Of a DNA stretch of 64,000 nt, positions 12,637 through 24,462 are shown in pieces; positions within the stretch are counted from its first letter, which is position 1, and each line of letters opens with the position of its first letter. The notes beneath the pieces are model-generated. The model saw nothing but the letters and a program-made list of their open reading frames with translations. It was not told the origin of the DNA and searched no databases. The position numbers and the translations under genes are program-made. This DNA is from Mobula hypostoma (taxonomy: Eukaryota): positions 90,894,001 to 90,958,000 of the forward strand of contig NC_086108.1 of NCBI RefSeq assembly GCF_963921235.1. Direction: 5' to 3'.

Positions 12637-12955
12637 TATTGACTTTATATTGAAATTATCTCCATCTTCAAAGACAAAATTATTATATACCTCTACTGCG
12701 TCATTCCCGATTACATGGAGCAAAAGCACAGCTTTGGTTTTTTGAGTTTTCTTCATAATCGATCACTGATAAGTACTGTTCAAACTGTTACTTGAATATC
12801 CTCCAATTCTCAGCTACATTGCCAGTCAGCTGAAGTTTTGTTGGAGGTTGTAAACCTTCCGTTTTACCGTTTACAGTTCGAACTTTTTCTTCTTCTCTTT
12901 TTTTTGATTATCTTCGATTCTCGATTCTCAGTTCTCCCGTATTATTCTTCCAGAA

Positions 12956-12970
12956 CCACTTCTGACACCA
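12956..12970 (-). promoter_or_regulatory. Primer-binding site complementary to tRNA-Leu(CAA) 3' end
   Basis: Minus strand TGGTGTCAGAAGTGG directly abuts the 5' LTR. The plus strand CCACTTCTGACACCA matches the recalled vertebrate tRNA-Leu-CAA 3' end including CCA. Confidence 0.85.
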
Positions 12971-13169
12971 TGTTATGTTACTTCTGTTTAAACGTACCAT
13001 GGGTTAACAGTAAAGAATCATATTCTGGAAGAATTAGAGAACTTTTATTTACAGTAATAAACAAACACGTCTTAACCAGCCGTGTGCTGGTACATTGTGG
13101 CAATCCCAAGCATGCTCAGTGCTCTGTCTAATCATGTACTGGCACATGATTGCACGTGATATCACCACA
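12971..13169 (-). repeat. 5' LTR (199 bp)
   Basis: TGTTATG...ATCACCACA, adjacent to the PBS; direct repeat of 8342-8535. Confidence 0.93.
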
Positions 13170-13464
13170 ATAGCATTCTAAAGAGAAAAGCCTTAAAAAT
13201 GTATTATCTTTCATGCTTATTTTTCCCATTCTAACATACTGGCTTTGTCTTTAGTGCTGTTATCAGTCCATAGGACACAGGATAACCTTAAAGAATGAAT
13301 AAGTAATTTTTTTACATATAAGGGACACTAATTACCGATTTAATTTAGATCCGTTTTAATAGTGAGTTAAGCAAGTTTAGGAAAGTTGTAATTCAAAACA
13401 AAATATAGGATAATTATGGTCATTGCTGAACTTTATTGACTCAAAAACAGTTCCTTTCCCCAAA

Positions 13465-13745
13465 CAGTAAGGTTGATCAACACCTCCACCTACTATCTCC
13501 ACCAGTACTTTATTATTTCCTGTCAATCACCTTATGTATAGCCTAGCGTCACTTTATGGACAAACAATCAATCTATGTATATCAACTATCCTAGGTATTT
13601 ATATTTATTGTGTTCTTTATTATTATTGTGTTCATTATCTTTTGTGTTTTTTTTTGGTGCTGCATCGGATCGGGAGTTACAATTATTTTGTTCTCCTTTA
13701 CACTTGTGTAGAGGTAATGACATTAAGTAATCTTGAATCTTGAAA
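13465..13745 (+). mobile_element. Rex1/Babar 3' UTR fragment
   Basis: Homologous to 5620-5913; tail TCTTGAATCTTGAA. Confidence 0.75.
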
Positions 13746-14949
13746 CTTAGAATGCACTAGCCAATATTTTAAGTGAAAATATTTGAGAATGAGGCATTAT
13801 CACAAGATTTGAGTCAGGTTGCTGAAAAGAATGAGTTGTGGCTGGCTATTGGATTACCTTAAATAATTGATAGTTAGCATCTGCTCGTTGGGTACTACTA
13901 ATGAGGCTTATATCTTGATAGTTTTGTCAAACCTATTTATAGGAGGTTGCAAGACCAAATTGTATATACCTATGTTTAAAGTTATAACCCCAGGATAATT
14001 GTTGCAATAAAAATACTTCGTTTTTTTTATCAGCATTGTATTTAACATTTTAACTCTGTGCACAATACTTGAAGTGCTAATGCATGTTGATATGTACTAT
14101 CAGTAGAGCTCTGATTTTTTTCTGGTGCCTCTATTTATAATAATTAATGCCTGGTTCTCTCTAATTTACTATAATTATATGACATAGAGATTTACTGCTG
14201 GCAACAAATAATCTTACAGCTTTATGGAATTCAAAGTGCTGGTGTTATCACTATTCACTCTCCAGCTTGTTGTGATGTTTTACAATGAGCAAAAAGATAC
14301 TTTCAGAATGAGCTTAACGTTATGTTGTGACATAACCACTCTTGTTACCAACTATCTTATCTGTTTTGGTTAAGCAGAAAGTAAATTAACATTATGCAAA
14401 CACAGAACAATACTTCCCCTCATGTCAAATCAACAGTCAATCTGAAGAGCTTTTTAGATGATGTTTTTATCAAATTGTTTATTGTCCAGTCGGTCCAAAC
14501 TTTGAAAAAAATAATTCCTATTTATTGAATAACTAGGTGGTCCACAAGACATTTGACTGAATATATTCAACCTGATTTCATCACTGTGAGACTTGATGTT
14601 TTGTATTAATAAAAGCCTGGCAGGAGTGGAAATTGTTGCAGAATATAATAGAGTTCTGTAAGATTTGGTGTCGAGACATATAAAATTGGATATTTTAAAA
14701 ACAATATGTTCATTTTACCTTTTGATTACCAATTGTCAACTGTTATAATACTGCTAGATCAATTATTTGAAGTGATGTTTATACAATGTGAAATACCATT
14801 TTGGACATTTTTTCTATGTGAATTATTTTCTCAGTCTTCCTTCACTCATTTATTTAGAAAAATATCATCATTAGAACATTTTTCTTGATGACCAAGATCA
14901 CAATTTTAATGTAAATGCTGTGATTGTTCTCTTAATGTTACGGTCTCCT

Positions 14950-15280
14950 TTTCCACCTTTATCGTTTGCTTCCTGTCCAAAGTCCCTGAACATATTGTCT
15001 TGGGCAAATTACTTCCAAATCTCCACAGTACCCTCTGAAATTGTCCAACTATGTTTCCACCCATTTCACAGCCCTGAAATAGCCCCCATCAAAGTCACGA
15101 ATCACATTATGTTCGATAAAGACCGCAAAAAGTTAAACCTCATATTTTTCAATGTCTCCAGTCTTTGCCAACTTGACTATGATGTCCTTCTGTGTCATCT
15201 CAGTTTAGCTGTCTGGCTTTGTAGGATTGATTATGCTTGCTTCCAGTTTTATGCAACTCAACCCAGTAAAAGCATCATCT
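14950..15280 (+). mobile_element. Ancient L2 LINE RT fragment
   Basis: QLCFHPFHSPEIAPIKVTNHIMFD...LIFFNVS resembles the L2 RT motif QSGFRPxHSTETALxKVTNDIL...LILLDLS. Confidence 0.55.
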
Positions 15281-15283
15281 ACT

Positions 15284-15364
15284 TAGGGGTTCCTAACCTG
15301 GGGTCCACGAACCCCTTGGCTTAATAGTTTTGGTCTATGGCATGAAAAATGTTGGGAACCCCCA
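15284..15364. mobile_element. Short hAT-type MITE
   Basis: Imperfect TIRs TAGGGGTTCCTAACC / TGTTGGGAACCCCCA (CAGGGGTTCCCAACC-type); TSD not recognisable. Confidence 0.55.
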
Positions 15365-15540
15365 TTTGAGTTGGAAGTCCTCCAAATAAGTATTGATTAA
15401 CTTTGTTTAGTTAATTAACAGGAGGAACAATGTCATTGCTTGGATTCTTCACAAATCATTCCATTCCATGGAGATGGTTTTGTCAATTGCCTGGCTGCAC
15501 ACTGAGGACATTCACAAGCTTGGTATTCTAGAGGCAAATA

Positions 15541-15568
15541 ATTAGATTAGATTAGATTAGATTAGATT
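15541..15568. repeat. (ATTAG)n microsatellite, retroelement tail
   Basis: ATTAG repeated ~5.5 times. Confidence 0.9.
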
Positions 15569-16205
15569 ATGAGGACATGCAGTCCTCTTTTATTGTCATT
15601 TAGTAATGCATGCATTAAGAAATGATACAATGTTTTTCCAGAATGATATCACAGAGACACATGACAAACCAAGACTGAAAAACTGACAAGAAACACATAA
15701 TTATAATATATAGTTACAACAGTGCAAAGCAATACCATAATTTGATAAGAACAGACCATGGGCACGGTAAAATCACGGAGTCTCTCGAAAGTCCCATCAT
15801 CTCATGCAGACGGTGAACCTCCAGTGCCGCAAACTTGCCAATGCAGCATCCTGGAAGCATCCGACCATAGTCTGACTCAGAGTCCGTCCGAAAACTCCGA
15901 GCCTCCGAACAGCTCCCCGACACCGATGCACCGAGTACCATCTCTGCCGAGCGTTTCGACCACAGCCCCGGCAACAGGTGATACGCAAGGCCGCGGATTT
16001 GGGGCCTTCCCTCCGGAGATTCTCAATCGTGCAGTAGCAGTGGCAGCGAAGCAGGCATTTCAGAAGTTACTCCAGATGTTCCTCCGTGCTCCTTCACATC
16101 TGTCTCTATCAAATCAGGATTGTGCATGGAGTCCTACTTCACAGATACGATATCAATTCGGAACGGCCGCGCGCTCTGCGTCGCACCGCCATCTTCTCCT
16201 CCCTC
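15541..16205 (-). mobile_element. Non-autonomous retroelement with AAGATGGCG head and Rex1-like tail
   Basis: Minus-strand 5' GAGGAGAAGATGGCGGTGCG (CGCCATCTT at 16187-16195); CpG-rich body; TGACAATAAAA followed by a (CTAAT)n tail. Confidence 0.6.
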
Positions 16206-16239
16206 CTCCACATGCAGGATTTGGCAATAATATTCTATG

Positions 16240-16810
16240 TTAGAACATAGAATATTACAGCACAGTACATGCTCTTCAGCCCACAGAGTTGTGAGGATCT
16301 TTTAACCTACTCTAAGATAAATCTAACCCTTCCTCCTACATAGCCTTCCATTTTTTTTCTATCATCCATGTACCTGTCTAAGGGTCTCTTAAATGCCCCT
16401 GAGATAACTGCCTGAACCCCTGGCAGAGCATTCCATGCACTGCCCACCATCTGTGTAAAGGACTAACCTCTGACATCCCTCCTGTACTTTCCACCTATCA
16501 CCTTAAAATTATGCCCCTGGTATTCAGAATCAGATTTAAAATCACCGGCATTTGTCATGAAATTTGTTGACTTTGCAGCAGCACTATAATAATAAAGAAA
16601 AAACAGTGAATTACTGTAAGTATATAGTGAAATAGTTTTCATGGGTTAAATGTCCATTCGGGAATCGGACAGCAGAAGAGAAGAAGCTGTTCCAGAATCA
16701 TTGAGTTGTGTGCCGTCCACTCTGGGAAAAAGTCTCTGGCTATCCACTCAAATTAATCCTTTTATCATCTTGTACATGTCTATCAAGTCACCTTTCATCC
16801 TCTTCCTTCC
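16240..16810 (-). mobile_element. CR1 3' fragment with nested Rex1 tail (~16522-16710)
   Basis: Reverse CR1 tail TAGAACATAGAATATTACAGCACAG; nested TTCAGAATCAGATTTAAAATCACC...GAAGAAGCTGTTCC. Confidence 0.7.
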
Positions 16811-17589
16811 TTGTAATCTAATGATTCACAAGAGAATTTATCTCAATCCTAGGTGTAAGATATTTAATATATGATATTACCCTTGTCTATACTATCAAGT
16901 TAGAGAAAACAGTCTTTGAGCATTCACTTTGGCACTTATTTAAACAATCTAATTTCAGCTTTTTGTTTGTTGAACTCCCCTCCTCATCTCACGTATTCTA
17001 ATAAAACGTCTTTTGCATATATCCCTAATACTGAACAGGAATTTGGTGAGTACACCAGCTCCCGTCTCACCAACTTCCTGTACAATTTTAACGAGACTTC
17101 CCTCCTCTAATACTCCCGTTCCTTCGCTTTAAAATGGAATACACCATTTCCCATTTAGCTCTTTATTTGCTTGCTGTATCTGAATTTTCTAATTTGTTTA
17201 CAAGGCTACCAAGATATTTTGGAATACATATACATCTATTTCTTACCATCCAACAAAATTGTTTGTTCCATTCATTGTGCTAAAATGAACAGACTCATGT
17301 TCTGCCATTTATACTGTCTGCTAACTAACCTCAGCCTTACACTCAAATTTCTTTGTCAATACATGAGAACCTCTGCACACATAATGTTCCCACCTAACAT
17401 GTGGAGATCACAGGAAGGAAATCACTTGGACTTGTATCTGTATCTCGTATATCAATACTTGTATCTGTATTAGATGCAGGAATGCTACTCAGATCTGTAT
17501 TATTAGCAAAATTGAAAGTGTACCAATAAGTAATTAGTATAGATTGTATAGATGACTAGCACACATCCACGGGATAATGACCCAATGAA

Positions 17590-18045
17590 GATTACCTGTT
17601 TCCACCTCGGCTGCATTGTCCAGCTCTGTTCATTCCTCAGTTCATCTGCTGCTGAACCCCTCATCCCTGCTTTTGCTCTGACAACTCTAATTCTCTGCTG
17701 GGTTGCCTTCCAAAAACTGACCTCAATCTCCAGATTGTACTGCTCAATCTCCTGGTACCATTTCTGTTTGCTGATTATGTTCTTGATCTGGAAGTGCCTT
17801 GATTATGAAAATTTCATCTTTGTTTACAGATTTTTCATGGCCTGTTATCTCTCCATGTTGAGAGATCTCGGCACCCTTTCCGTTCTAGAATATAATTTTA
17901 TTAACAAACATATCCATTTTTCTTCTCATCTTTAAGATAATCCTTAAAATTTATCTCTTTGAACTGACAACACAATATGTGGTTAGTTTTTAAATTTTGT
18001 TTTATAATTGCCCATGTCACTTTGAGACAGCAGCTACATTAAAGG
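17590..18045 (+). mobile_element. Ancient L2 LINE 3' fragment
   Basis: FHLGCIVQLCSFLSSSAAEPLIPAF resembles L2 FHLRNIARLRPxLSxSAAExLIHAF. Confidence 0.55.
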
Positions 18046-18057
18046 CACCAGACGGAC

Positions 18058-18405
18058 ACAGGAATTAAGAGCAAGAATAGGCCATTCATTCCCTCAAGCC
18101 TGCTGTGCCATTTGATAACGTCCTGGCTGATCTGACTGTAACCTCAGTTTGGCCTTTTTGTCAGCCCTTCACTCCCTAGCATTTCAAAAATCAATATGCC
18201 TCTGCCTTAAACATTTTCAAAGATTCTCTTTCTACTGTTCTTTGAGGAAGAGAGTTCCAAAGTATTGTGACCCTCTGGGAGAAAACATCTCTGCCTTAAA
18301 TTTGTGACTCTTTATTTTTAAACACTGACCCCTGGGTTCCAGATTCTCCCATAGGAGAAAACATTCTCTCTATATCCACTCTGTCATGATCCCTCAGGGT
18401 CATAT
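18058..18405 (-). mobile_element. CR1 3' fragment
   Basis: Reverse tail AGAGCAAGAATAGGCCATTC...CCTGCTGTGCCATT; GAGAGTTCCAAAG...ACCCTCTG. Confidence 0.65.
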
Positions 18406-21041
18406 TGATGGGACCAACAATGCCACACAAATACAAATGCAAGTTGCTATTAAAATATTCCCTACTTATTGTTCATCTGCCTTCAGGATTTACCAAGCTA
18501 AGTCTATTTAGTTTAACGGGAATAATTGTCCAGATTGTACAGTAAATAAACGAGATGCATTAATTATTTGATTGCTGATTGAAATGACTGATTAGACAGA
18601 AGCTCTGTATTTTTGTGATTTATGCTTGAATCTAGATGAGACTGACATTTCCTGTCCCTACTGGCTGTAATAATCATGGTCTGAAACGTATTCGGATAGT
18701 ATGTGTTCTAGCTTCCAATTGGCATAAGCCCAGAGCACTAAATGACATGAAATTGGCAATTTCACACCAAGAAACTGCAAGGTACCTGATGTGAGAATTG
18801 GAAACGTATCATACAAGGCAGCAAGAATTGCTGTAAAGAGGTCAAGACTGATAACTTTTATTGGGCAGAATAGAGACTGTGTTATTGTATGAAAATCCAC
18901 TTGAACCTGCAGCGTTTCTGAGCTGAAAACGTCATGAACACTCACACAATAGGCCGGATTTGTAATTCAGATTTTGTAACAGCTTACATATGATAAATAT
19001 AAGATAAATGGCAGAAATAAAGTATTTACATCAAGGTATATACAGTATGTGTTATTAAACATATGCAAGTTAAAAAAGGCAACCAATATATCATTGCTAC
19101 CACACATCTTTATACCTGTGTAATTGTCAAAATGAAATATATGAAATTTCAAGAGAAGTTTCATCAATTTATTAAGTTATCAGTAAGAATTAACATAACT
19201 AAATAATTTTCTCAAGGTAATTAAAAGGCAATCGTTTTGCATTTTTGTATTTAGTTTTAAGCAGGTTGATTATTTTCCAAGTTGAAATTGGGAATTGAAA
19301 AGGAAACAAAAGGATATTAAAGTGAATAGAAAAACTTAATAATATTTAACATTAACTTTTTATCACGCTTTGTTCCTCTTTGCATTTCATTCTGACTCTA
19401 CTCACAGTTTAATTGAAATGCTCGATTCTGTGCTGAGTACTGATTTCCCCCAGTGTTTAATACATACACTGACATCTTACGCATTGGTCCACTAGACTGC
19501 AGCTGACCCTGGGCACACTGTTCACCAGAAATGATTGGTCAGATCCAGGAAGGGTGTAAGAGATGCAAGCCAGGGAAAACAAATGGACGTGTAAGTTATA
19601 AAAGGGCTGTGAAAATTTCCTTTATTGTTAAGCTACAGTTTAAGATGATGATATTTACCATTTATGAAAGTACTTTTCCATTCAGACTGATACTTTATTA
19701 CCTCTGATAGTGCTTCCAGTGATACCAACTGTGAGTTTCAGGGCTTCTCCACTGTATTAACTATTGAAACTTTGTGAAAGACTAGGTGGAAATCCATTTT
19801 TTTTGTAGTGCATCCAGAGATTCCAACAACCATTAAATGGCTGATGGGACATATATTTCCTCCTGGCCTCCACAGACGCACTCCCGCTCAACCTCAACTC
19901 ATATCTGTTTCCTTATGTTGTTTCATCAGGATCTAATTCTTGTAAACACATGAGAAAGCCACAATAAAAGTAAAGCATCATAATATGCTTCTAACTGAGA
20001 ATTAAATTTTAATTCAGAAGAGGTACTTAATAGTTTGCAATAAACCTAGTGGAGCCTTTAATTATTCGTAATCATATTAAGTTTTTAAATATCTGTAGAA
20101 GTACTATTGATGGGAAAGAAACGAAGTATGCCACACCACAATCTTAGAGTCATAGAGAACTACAGCAGAAAAACAGGCTATTCAGCCCATCTATTCCATG
20201 TCAAAATTTCTAAAAGTAGTTATGATTTTGTTAGTACTAGCCCTACAAGTAAGATGGAGAATACTTTTAAATCCTCATACAGTATAACACTGTGGACTGT
20301 CTCCCACATTGCCTACACTAATCATTCCAAAATGATTGACTGTCCATATTGCATTATTGTCTTCTGACACAAGTATCAGAAAGTTAAAGTTAATTGGTGG
20401 ACAATGCAACAAGTTCCTATTGAAAGAATTGTCATAGCCTTGCATTATGACATCTATGGGAATCTCAACTCAAAGTCCATTGGTTTAACATCCCTCCCTC
20501 AGCAAGCTCCTTCTTCATCACTGTCTGCTGATGACACCTGACTTAACCCCAGTACTGTTTTCCCCTACTTCTACCCAGTTGATACTACTTAAACACAGTA
20601 ATCCCCTACCCCAACCTACCCAATATTTCTGTAACATTTCAGTTCCCAAGACTACTTGCCTTAAATTATGTAATGAGGCAGTCTCTCATCTCAATCTTGC
20701 CTGCAACTGAAAACTTTAGTTGCAACAGGGTTAGGCCATCCTAACGTTTACACTTGCTCTGTATCACTAAGAATATGGAAGATCTACCTCAATGCTATTT
20801 TCCAACACAATCCCATGATTCCAATATTGTGAAGACATCTGTCAATCTGGGATTTGAATCAACATCTGCAGCTTGCTGGTGCAAAGAATTCCCAATCTTC
20901 TTCATCCACTGCTGGAAGAAATTCCTGCTCAGATTAGTCCTAAATAGGCCACTTCATATTTTTAAACTGTCGATTCAGGTCCTGTATTCCTCGGCCAGGG
21001 GAGACATTTTCTTTGTCAAGACCTTCTAAACAACTTTTACT

Positions 21042-22457
21042 ATGGCCTGCTGCGTTCCACCAGCGTTTTGTGTGTTTTACTGTGCTACATTGACACTGCT
21101 TTAGTGCTGCTTCATACACCCATGCTGAGCTTATCAATTTCATCAGCTTTGTCTCCTGCTTCCACCCCGCCTTTAAATTCACTCAGTCCATTTTTGACCC
21201 ACCTCTCCCATTTCTCAATCTCTTTGTCTCCCTCTCCGGAGACAAACTGTTTACCCACACCTTTTATGAACCTACCGATTCCTATTGGCTATCTTGGCTG
21301 TATTTCTCACCCTGTATCCTGTAAAAATGACATTCCCTTTTCTCAATTCCATTCTCTCTGCCACATCGGTTCCCAGGATGAGGTTTTCCTTTCCAGGACA
21401 TCTGGAATGTCCTCCTTTTTCAAAGAACACTGTTTCTTTTCCTTCTCCCTTGATGCTGCCCTTACCCACATGTCCTCCATTTCCTGAATGTCTGCGCTCA
21501 CCCCATCTTCACAACACCTTAACAGCGATAGAGTTCTTATCTTCACCGAGTAACCCATGAGCCTCTGAACCCACCACATCATTCTCCGTCACTTCCGCCA
21601 TGTTCAATGGGATCCTGCCACCAAATATACCTTTACCCACTCCCCGCTCTCCGTTTTCCACAGGGATCCCTTGTCCATTCGTCCCTTCCCACTAATCTAC
21701 CTCCTGGCACATATCCCTGCAAGCAACAGAAATGTTACACCTGCCCATTCACCTCCATTCAGGACGCCAAACAGTCCTTCCAGGTGAGGAAACACTTCAT
21801 CTGAAAATCTGTTGGAGTTGTCTTTTATATCCACTGTTCCCAGTGCAGCCTCCTCTACATTGTTGAGACCCAACGTAAATCAGAAGATCACTTTGTCGAG
21901 CACCTCCCTTCCATTCACTAAAAGCACTATTTCCCTGTGGTCAACCATTTTAATTCCAATTCCCATTACTGCTCCGACATGTCGATCTATTGGCCTCCTC
22001 TTTTGGCACAGTGGGGCCACTCTCAAGGTGGAGAATCAACGCCTCATATTCCTCGTAAGTAGCTTCCAAACTGATGGCACGAACATCAATTTCTCCTTCC
22101 AGTAATTTTTTTTCCTTCCCCTTTCCCTCTTCTTCTATTCCCCACTTCTATTACCTCTTCTCCTCACTTGCCTATCACCTCCCCCAGTGTCCCTCCTTCT
22201 ATCCTTTCCTCCCATGGTACACTCTGCTCTCCTATCAGATTTCTTCTTCTCCAGTCCTTTACCTTTCCCACCCACCTGGCTCCTCCTGCCACCTTCTAGC
22301 TAATTCTCCTTTCCCGCCCCACCTTTTTATTCTGACATCTTCCCCCTTCATATCCAGTTCTGAAGAACAGTCTCGGCCCAAAGCAGTTGACTGTTTATTC
22401 ATTTCCATAGATGCTGCCTGACATGCTAAATTATTCCAGCAGTTTGTGTGTGTTGCT
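21042..22457 (+). mobile_element. Penelope-like element remnant: RT C-terminal half, GIY-YIG endonuclease and terminal repeat
   Basis: CYIDT (degenerate YIDD); FHPAFKFT-like; HPVSCKNDIPFSQF.SL.HI.SQDE; PGTYPCKQQKCYTCPF Zn-knuckle linker; VVFYIHC..C.LLYIVET GIY-YIG-like; ENQRLIFLVSSFQTDGTNINF C-terminus. A degenerate hammerhead lies at 22355-22393. The element sits inside a minus-strand CR1 fragment (~20830-21035 and 22460-22560). Confidence 0.88.
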
Positions 22458-22609
22458 CCTTTAAGACGTGTATATGTTTTGATAAGTTCTTCACTCATTC
22501 TTCTAAACTCTAGAGGACACAGTCTTAATCTTCTAAATCACTGTCCAACTGTCAAATCTGCCATTTCTATCACAAACATTATTTCCCTTTATATTTTATA
22601 AGAGAGTGA

Positions 22610-23275
22610 AATAATATTTAAATGATTTTGATACCCATAGGTACATGGAGCTTAGAAAAATAGAGGGCTATGTGCTAGGAAAATTCTAGACGGTTTCCAG
22701 AGTAGGTTACATGTTTGGCACAACATTGTGAGCCGAAGGGCCTGTAATGTGCTGTCGATTTCCATGTTCTATGTTCTCTTTCGGTATGAGAATAAGTATG
22801 ACAAAATATACTAAATTGGGAGTACTCTAGAAGAACAGATATACCTGTTTGGAATGAGAGGTTTATCCACCTGTCCTATCAATTAGACTGTGTTTTGATT
22901 TGGAAATGAGAAAAGTGAGAGTGATCTTAGTGAAACATAAGATCATGAAGGGACATGGTAGTGTTGATGTTTCTGAGTGGGAGAGAGATGGATGAGGTGA
23001 CAGAGTCACAAGATAGGGCCACCATTTAAAACTGATTTTCATAGATATTTTTACTCAAAGTAAATGGTGCACCTTTGGAATTTTCTCCCAGCGAAGGGTG
23101 GAAGCTGAACTACTGGAAGTATTCAACAAGAAAGCAGATTTTTTTTTTGAAAAGTCAGGGAATTAAGGGCCAAATGGAACTGACATGTGAGAGGAGATAG
23201 GATTGAATAGCACCTAGCTTTGGGACTGGCTTGCCATCTCGTGCTCTTTGAGTTTATCTTTCTTGTGTTCTTATG
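22610..23275 (+). mobile_element. Two CR1 3'-end fragments (22610-22778, 22880-23275)
   Basis: GGCACAACATTGTGAGCCGAAGGGCCTGTAATGTGCTG with an (ATGTTCT)n tail; a second copy ends TTCTTGTGTTCTTATG. Confidence 0.65.
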
Positions 23276-23670
23276 GCGTGCACATGCCTTCTCAGGGAAA
23301 GAGATCAAAATTTAGACATTATAGATGAACCTCTCATTATGGCTACTTGGTTTGTGGAAATTCATCCCTACAGAGTTCATAAATTTGGGGTACAGAATAA
23401 AATTTACTCTTCTGAAAGTGATGTGTGAAAAATAAATAAATAAACACAAAATTTGGGAAAAAACCCAGCAGATTTCTTTTTTTAACCAGCATTTTTGATG
23501 CAGTTGCAGATAATGTGGAGGTTTTGTTTAGGACAGTAGCTTAATTATGCTATCTAACATTTTTTCCAATCACAAACAAGAAAAAAATCCGCAGATGCTG
23601 GAAATCCAAGCGATATGCACAAAATGCTGGAGGAACTCAGCAGACCAGGCAGCATCTATGGAAATGAGTA

Positions 23671-23708
23671 CGGTCAATATTTCAGGCCGAGACCCTTCAT
23701 CAGGACTG
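23671..23708 (-). ncRNA. Degenerate minimal hammerhead motif (minus strand)
   Basis: Reverse complement CAGTC-CTGATGA-A-GGGTCTCGGCCT-GAAA-TATT-GACCG; core intact, cleavage triplet and stem III mutated. Confidence 0.5.
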
Positions 23709-23730
23709 GATGAAGGGTCTCGGCCCGAAA

Positions 23731-24462
23731 GAGAACATAGAACATAGAAATCTACAACATGTTACAGGCCCTTCAGCTCACAATGTTGTGGCGACCATGT
23801 AACCTACTCTAGAAACTGCCTAGAAATTTCCTAGGACATAGCCCTCTATTTTTCTAAACTCCATGTACCTATATAAGAGGATCTTAAAAAACCTTATTGT
23901 ATCCGCTTCCACCACTGCCGCCGGCAGTGCATTTCAGACACCCACCACTCTCTGTGTGGAAAACACAGCCCCTTGGTACTTATTTCCAAGCACCTTAACA
24001 CTATGCCCCCTCATGTTAGCCATTTCAACCCTGGGAAAAAGACTCTGGCTATCTACATGATCAATGCCTCTCATCATCTTATACACCTCTATTAGGTCAT
24101 CTCTGTCACTCCATGGAGAAAAGGCTGTTCGCTCAACCTATTGTCATAAGGTACACCCTCCAACCCAGGGAACATGCTTGTAAATCTCCTCTGCACTCTC
24201 TCTATAGTATCCTCATTCTTCTTATAGTGAGGTGAATTGAACACACTACTCCAAGTGGAAAGTGGAGTCCGACCAACATCTTATATAGCTGTAACATTAC
24301 CTCATGGCTCTTGAACTCAATCCTATGGTTGACGAATGCCAACACACCATACGCCTTCTTAACAACACTGTCAAACAGAGTAGCAGCTTTGAGTGTCCTA
24401 TGGATATGGACCCCAAGATCTCTCAGAACTTCCACACTGCCAAGAGTCTTACTGTCAAATTC
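23731..24462 (-). mobile_element. CR1 3' fragment inserted into a hammerhead core
   Basis: Reverse tail (AGAACAT)n; ORF 24202-24603 RDLGVHIHRTLKAA..DSVVKKAYGVLAFV..IEFKSHEVMLQLYK. Confidence 0.88.

Larger units (their letters stand above)
8587..12862 (-). pseudogene. Gypsy gag-pol polyprotein, multiply frameshifted
   Basis: gag (ACG)EGLQPPTKLQLTGNVAENW, LLLHVIG.DAVEVY, Cys knuckle CPAYGKIC; protease FKLDTG; RT LDASSGFWQ, LPFGIASAPEVY, SMDDIIIWG; RNase H ISCDTSQAGLGAVL, ETDHK; integrase IHEGHLGIEKC, TDNGPQ, ALLAYRSTP. Confidence 0.92.
8342..13169 (-). mobile_element. Ty3/Gypsy LTR retrotransposon, near full-length, decayed (Mag-like features)
   Basis: Two LTRs, the 5' LTR TG...CA; PBS; domain order gag-PR-RT-RNaseH-IN; 5-bp TSD ATGGC (8337-8341) / ATAGC (13170-13174) with one mismatch. 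Confidence 0.95.

Noticed and set aside
12956..12970. tRNA gene (ends in CCA)
   Set aside because: Only 15 nt match a tRNA 3' end; it is the LTR primer-binding site.
15276..15372. 8-bp TSD around the hAT-like MITE
   Set aside because: The flanks (CATCTACT vs TTTGAGTT) do not match.
15758..16243. 161-aa Pro/Ser-rich ORF
   Set aside because: It is the antisense frame of a GC-rich repeat element and has no domain.
18658..18945. 95-aa minus-strand ORF in unique sequence
   Set aside because: No recognisable domain and a non-ATG start; more plausibly non-coding.
19454..19560. Possible exon after a pyrimidine-tract CAG acceptor
   Set aside because: Stop codons in all three frames.
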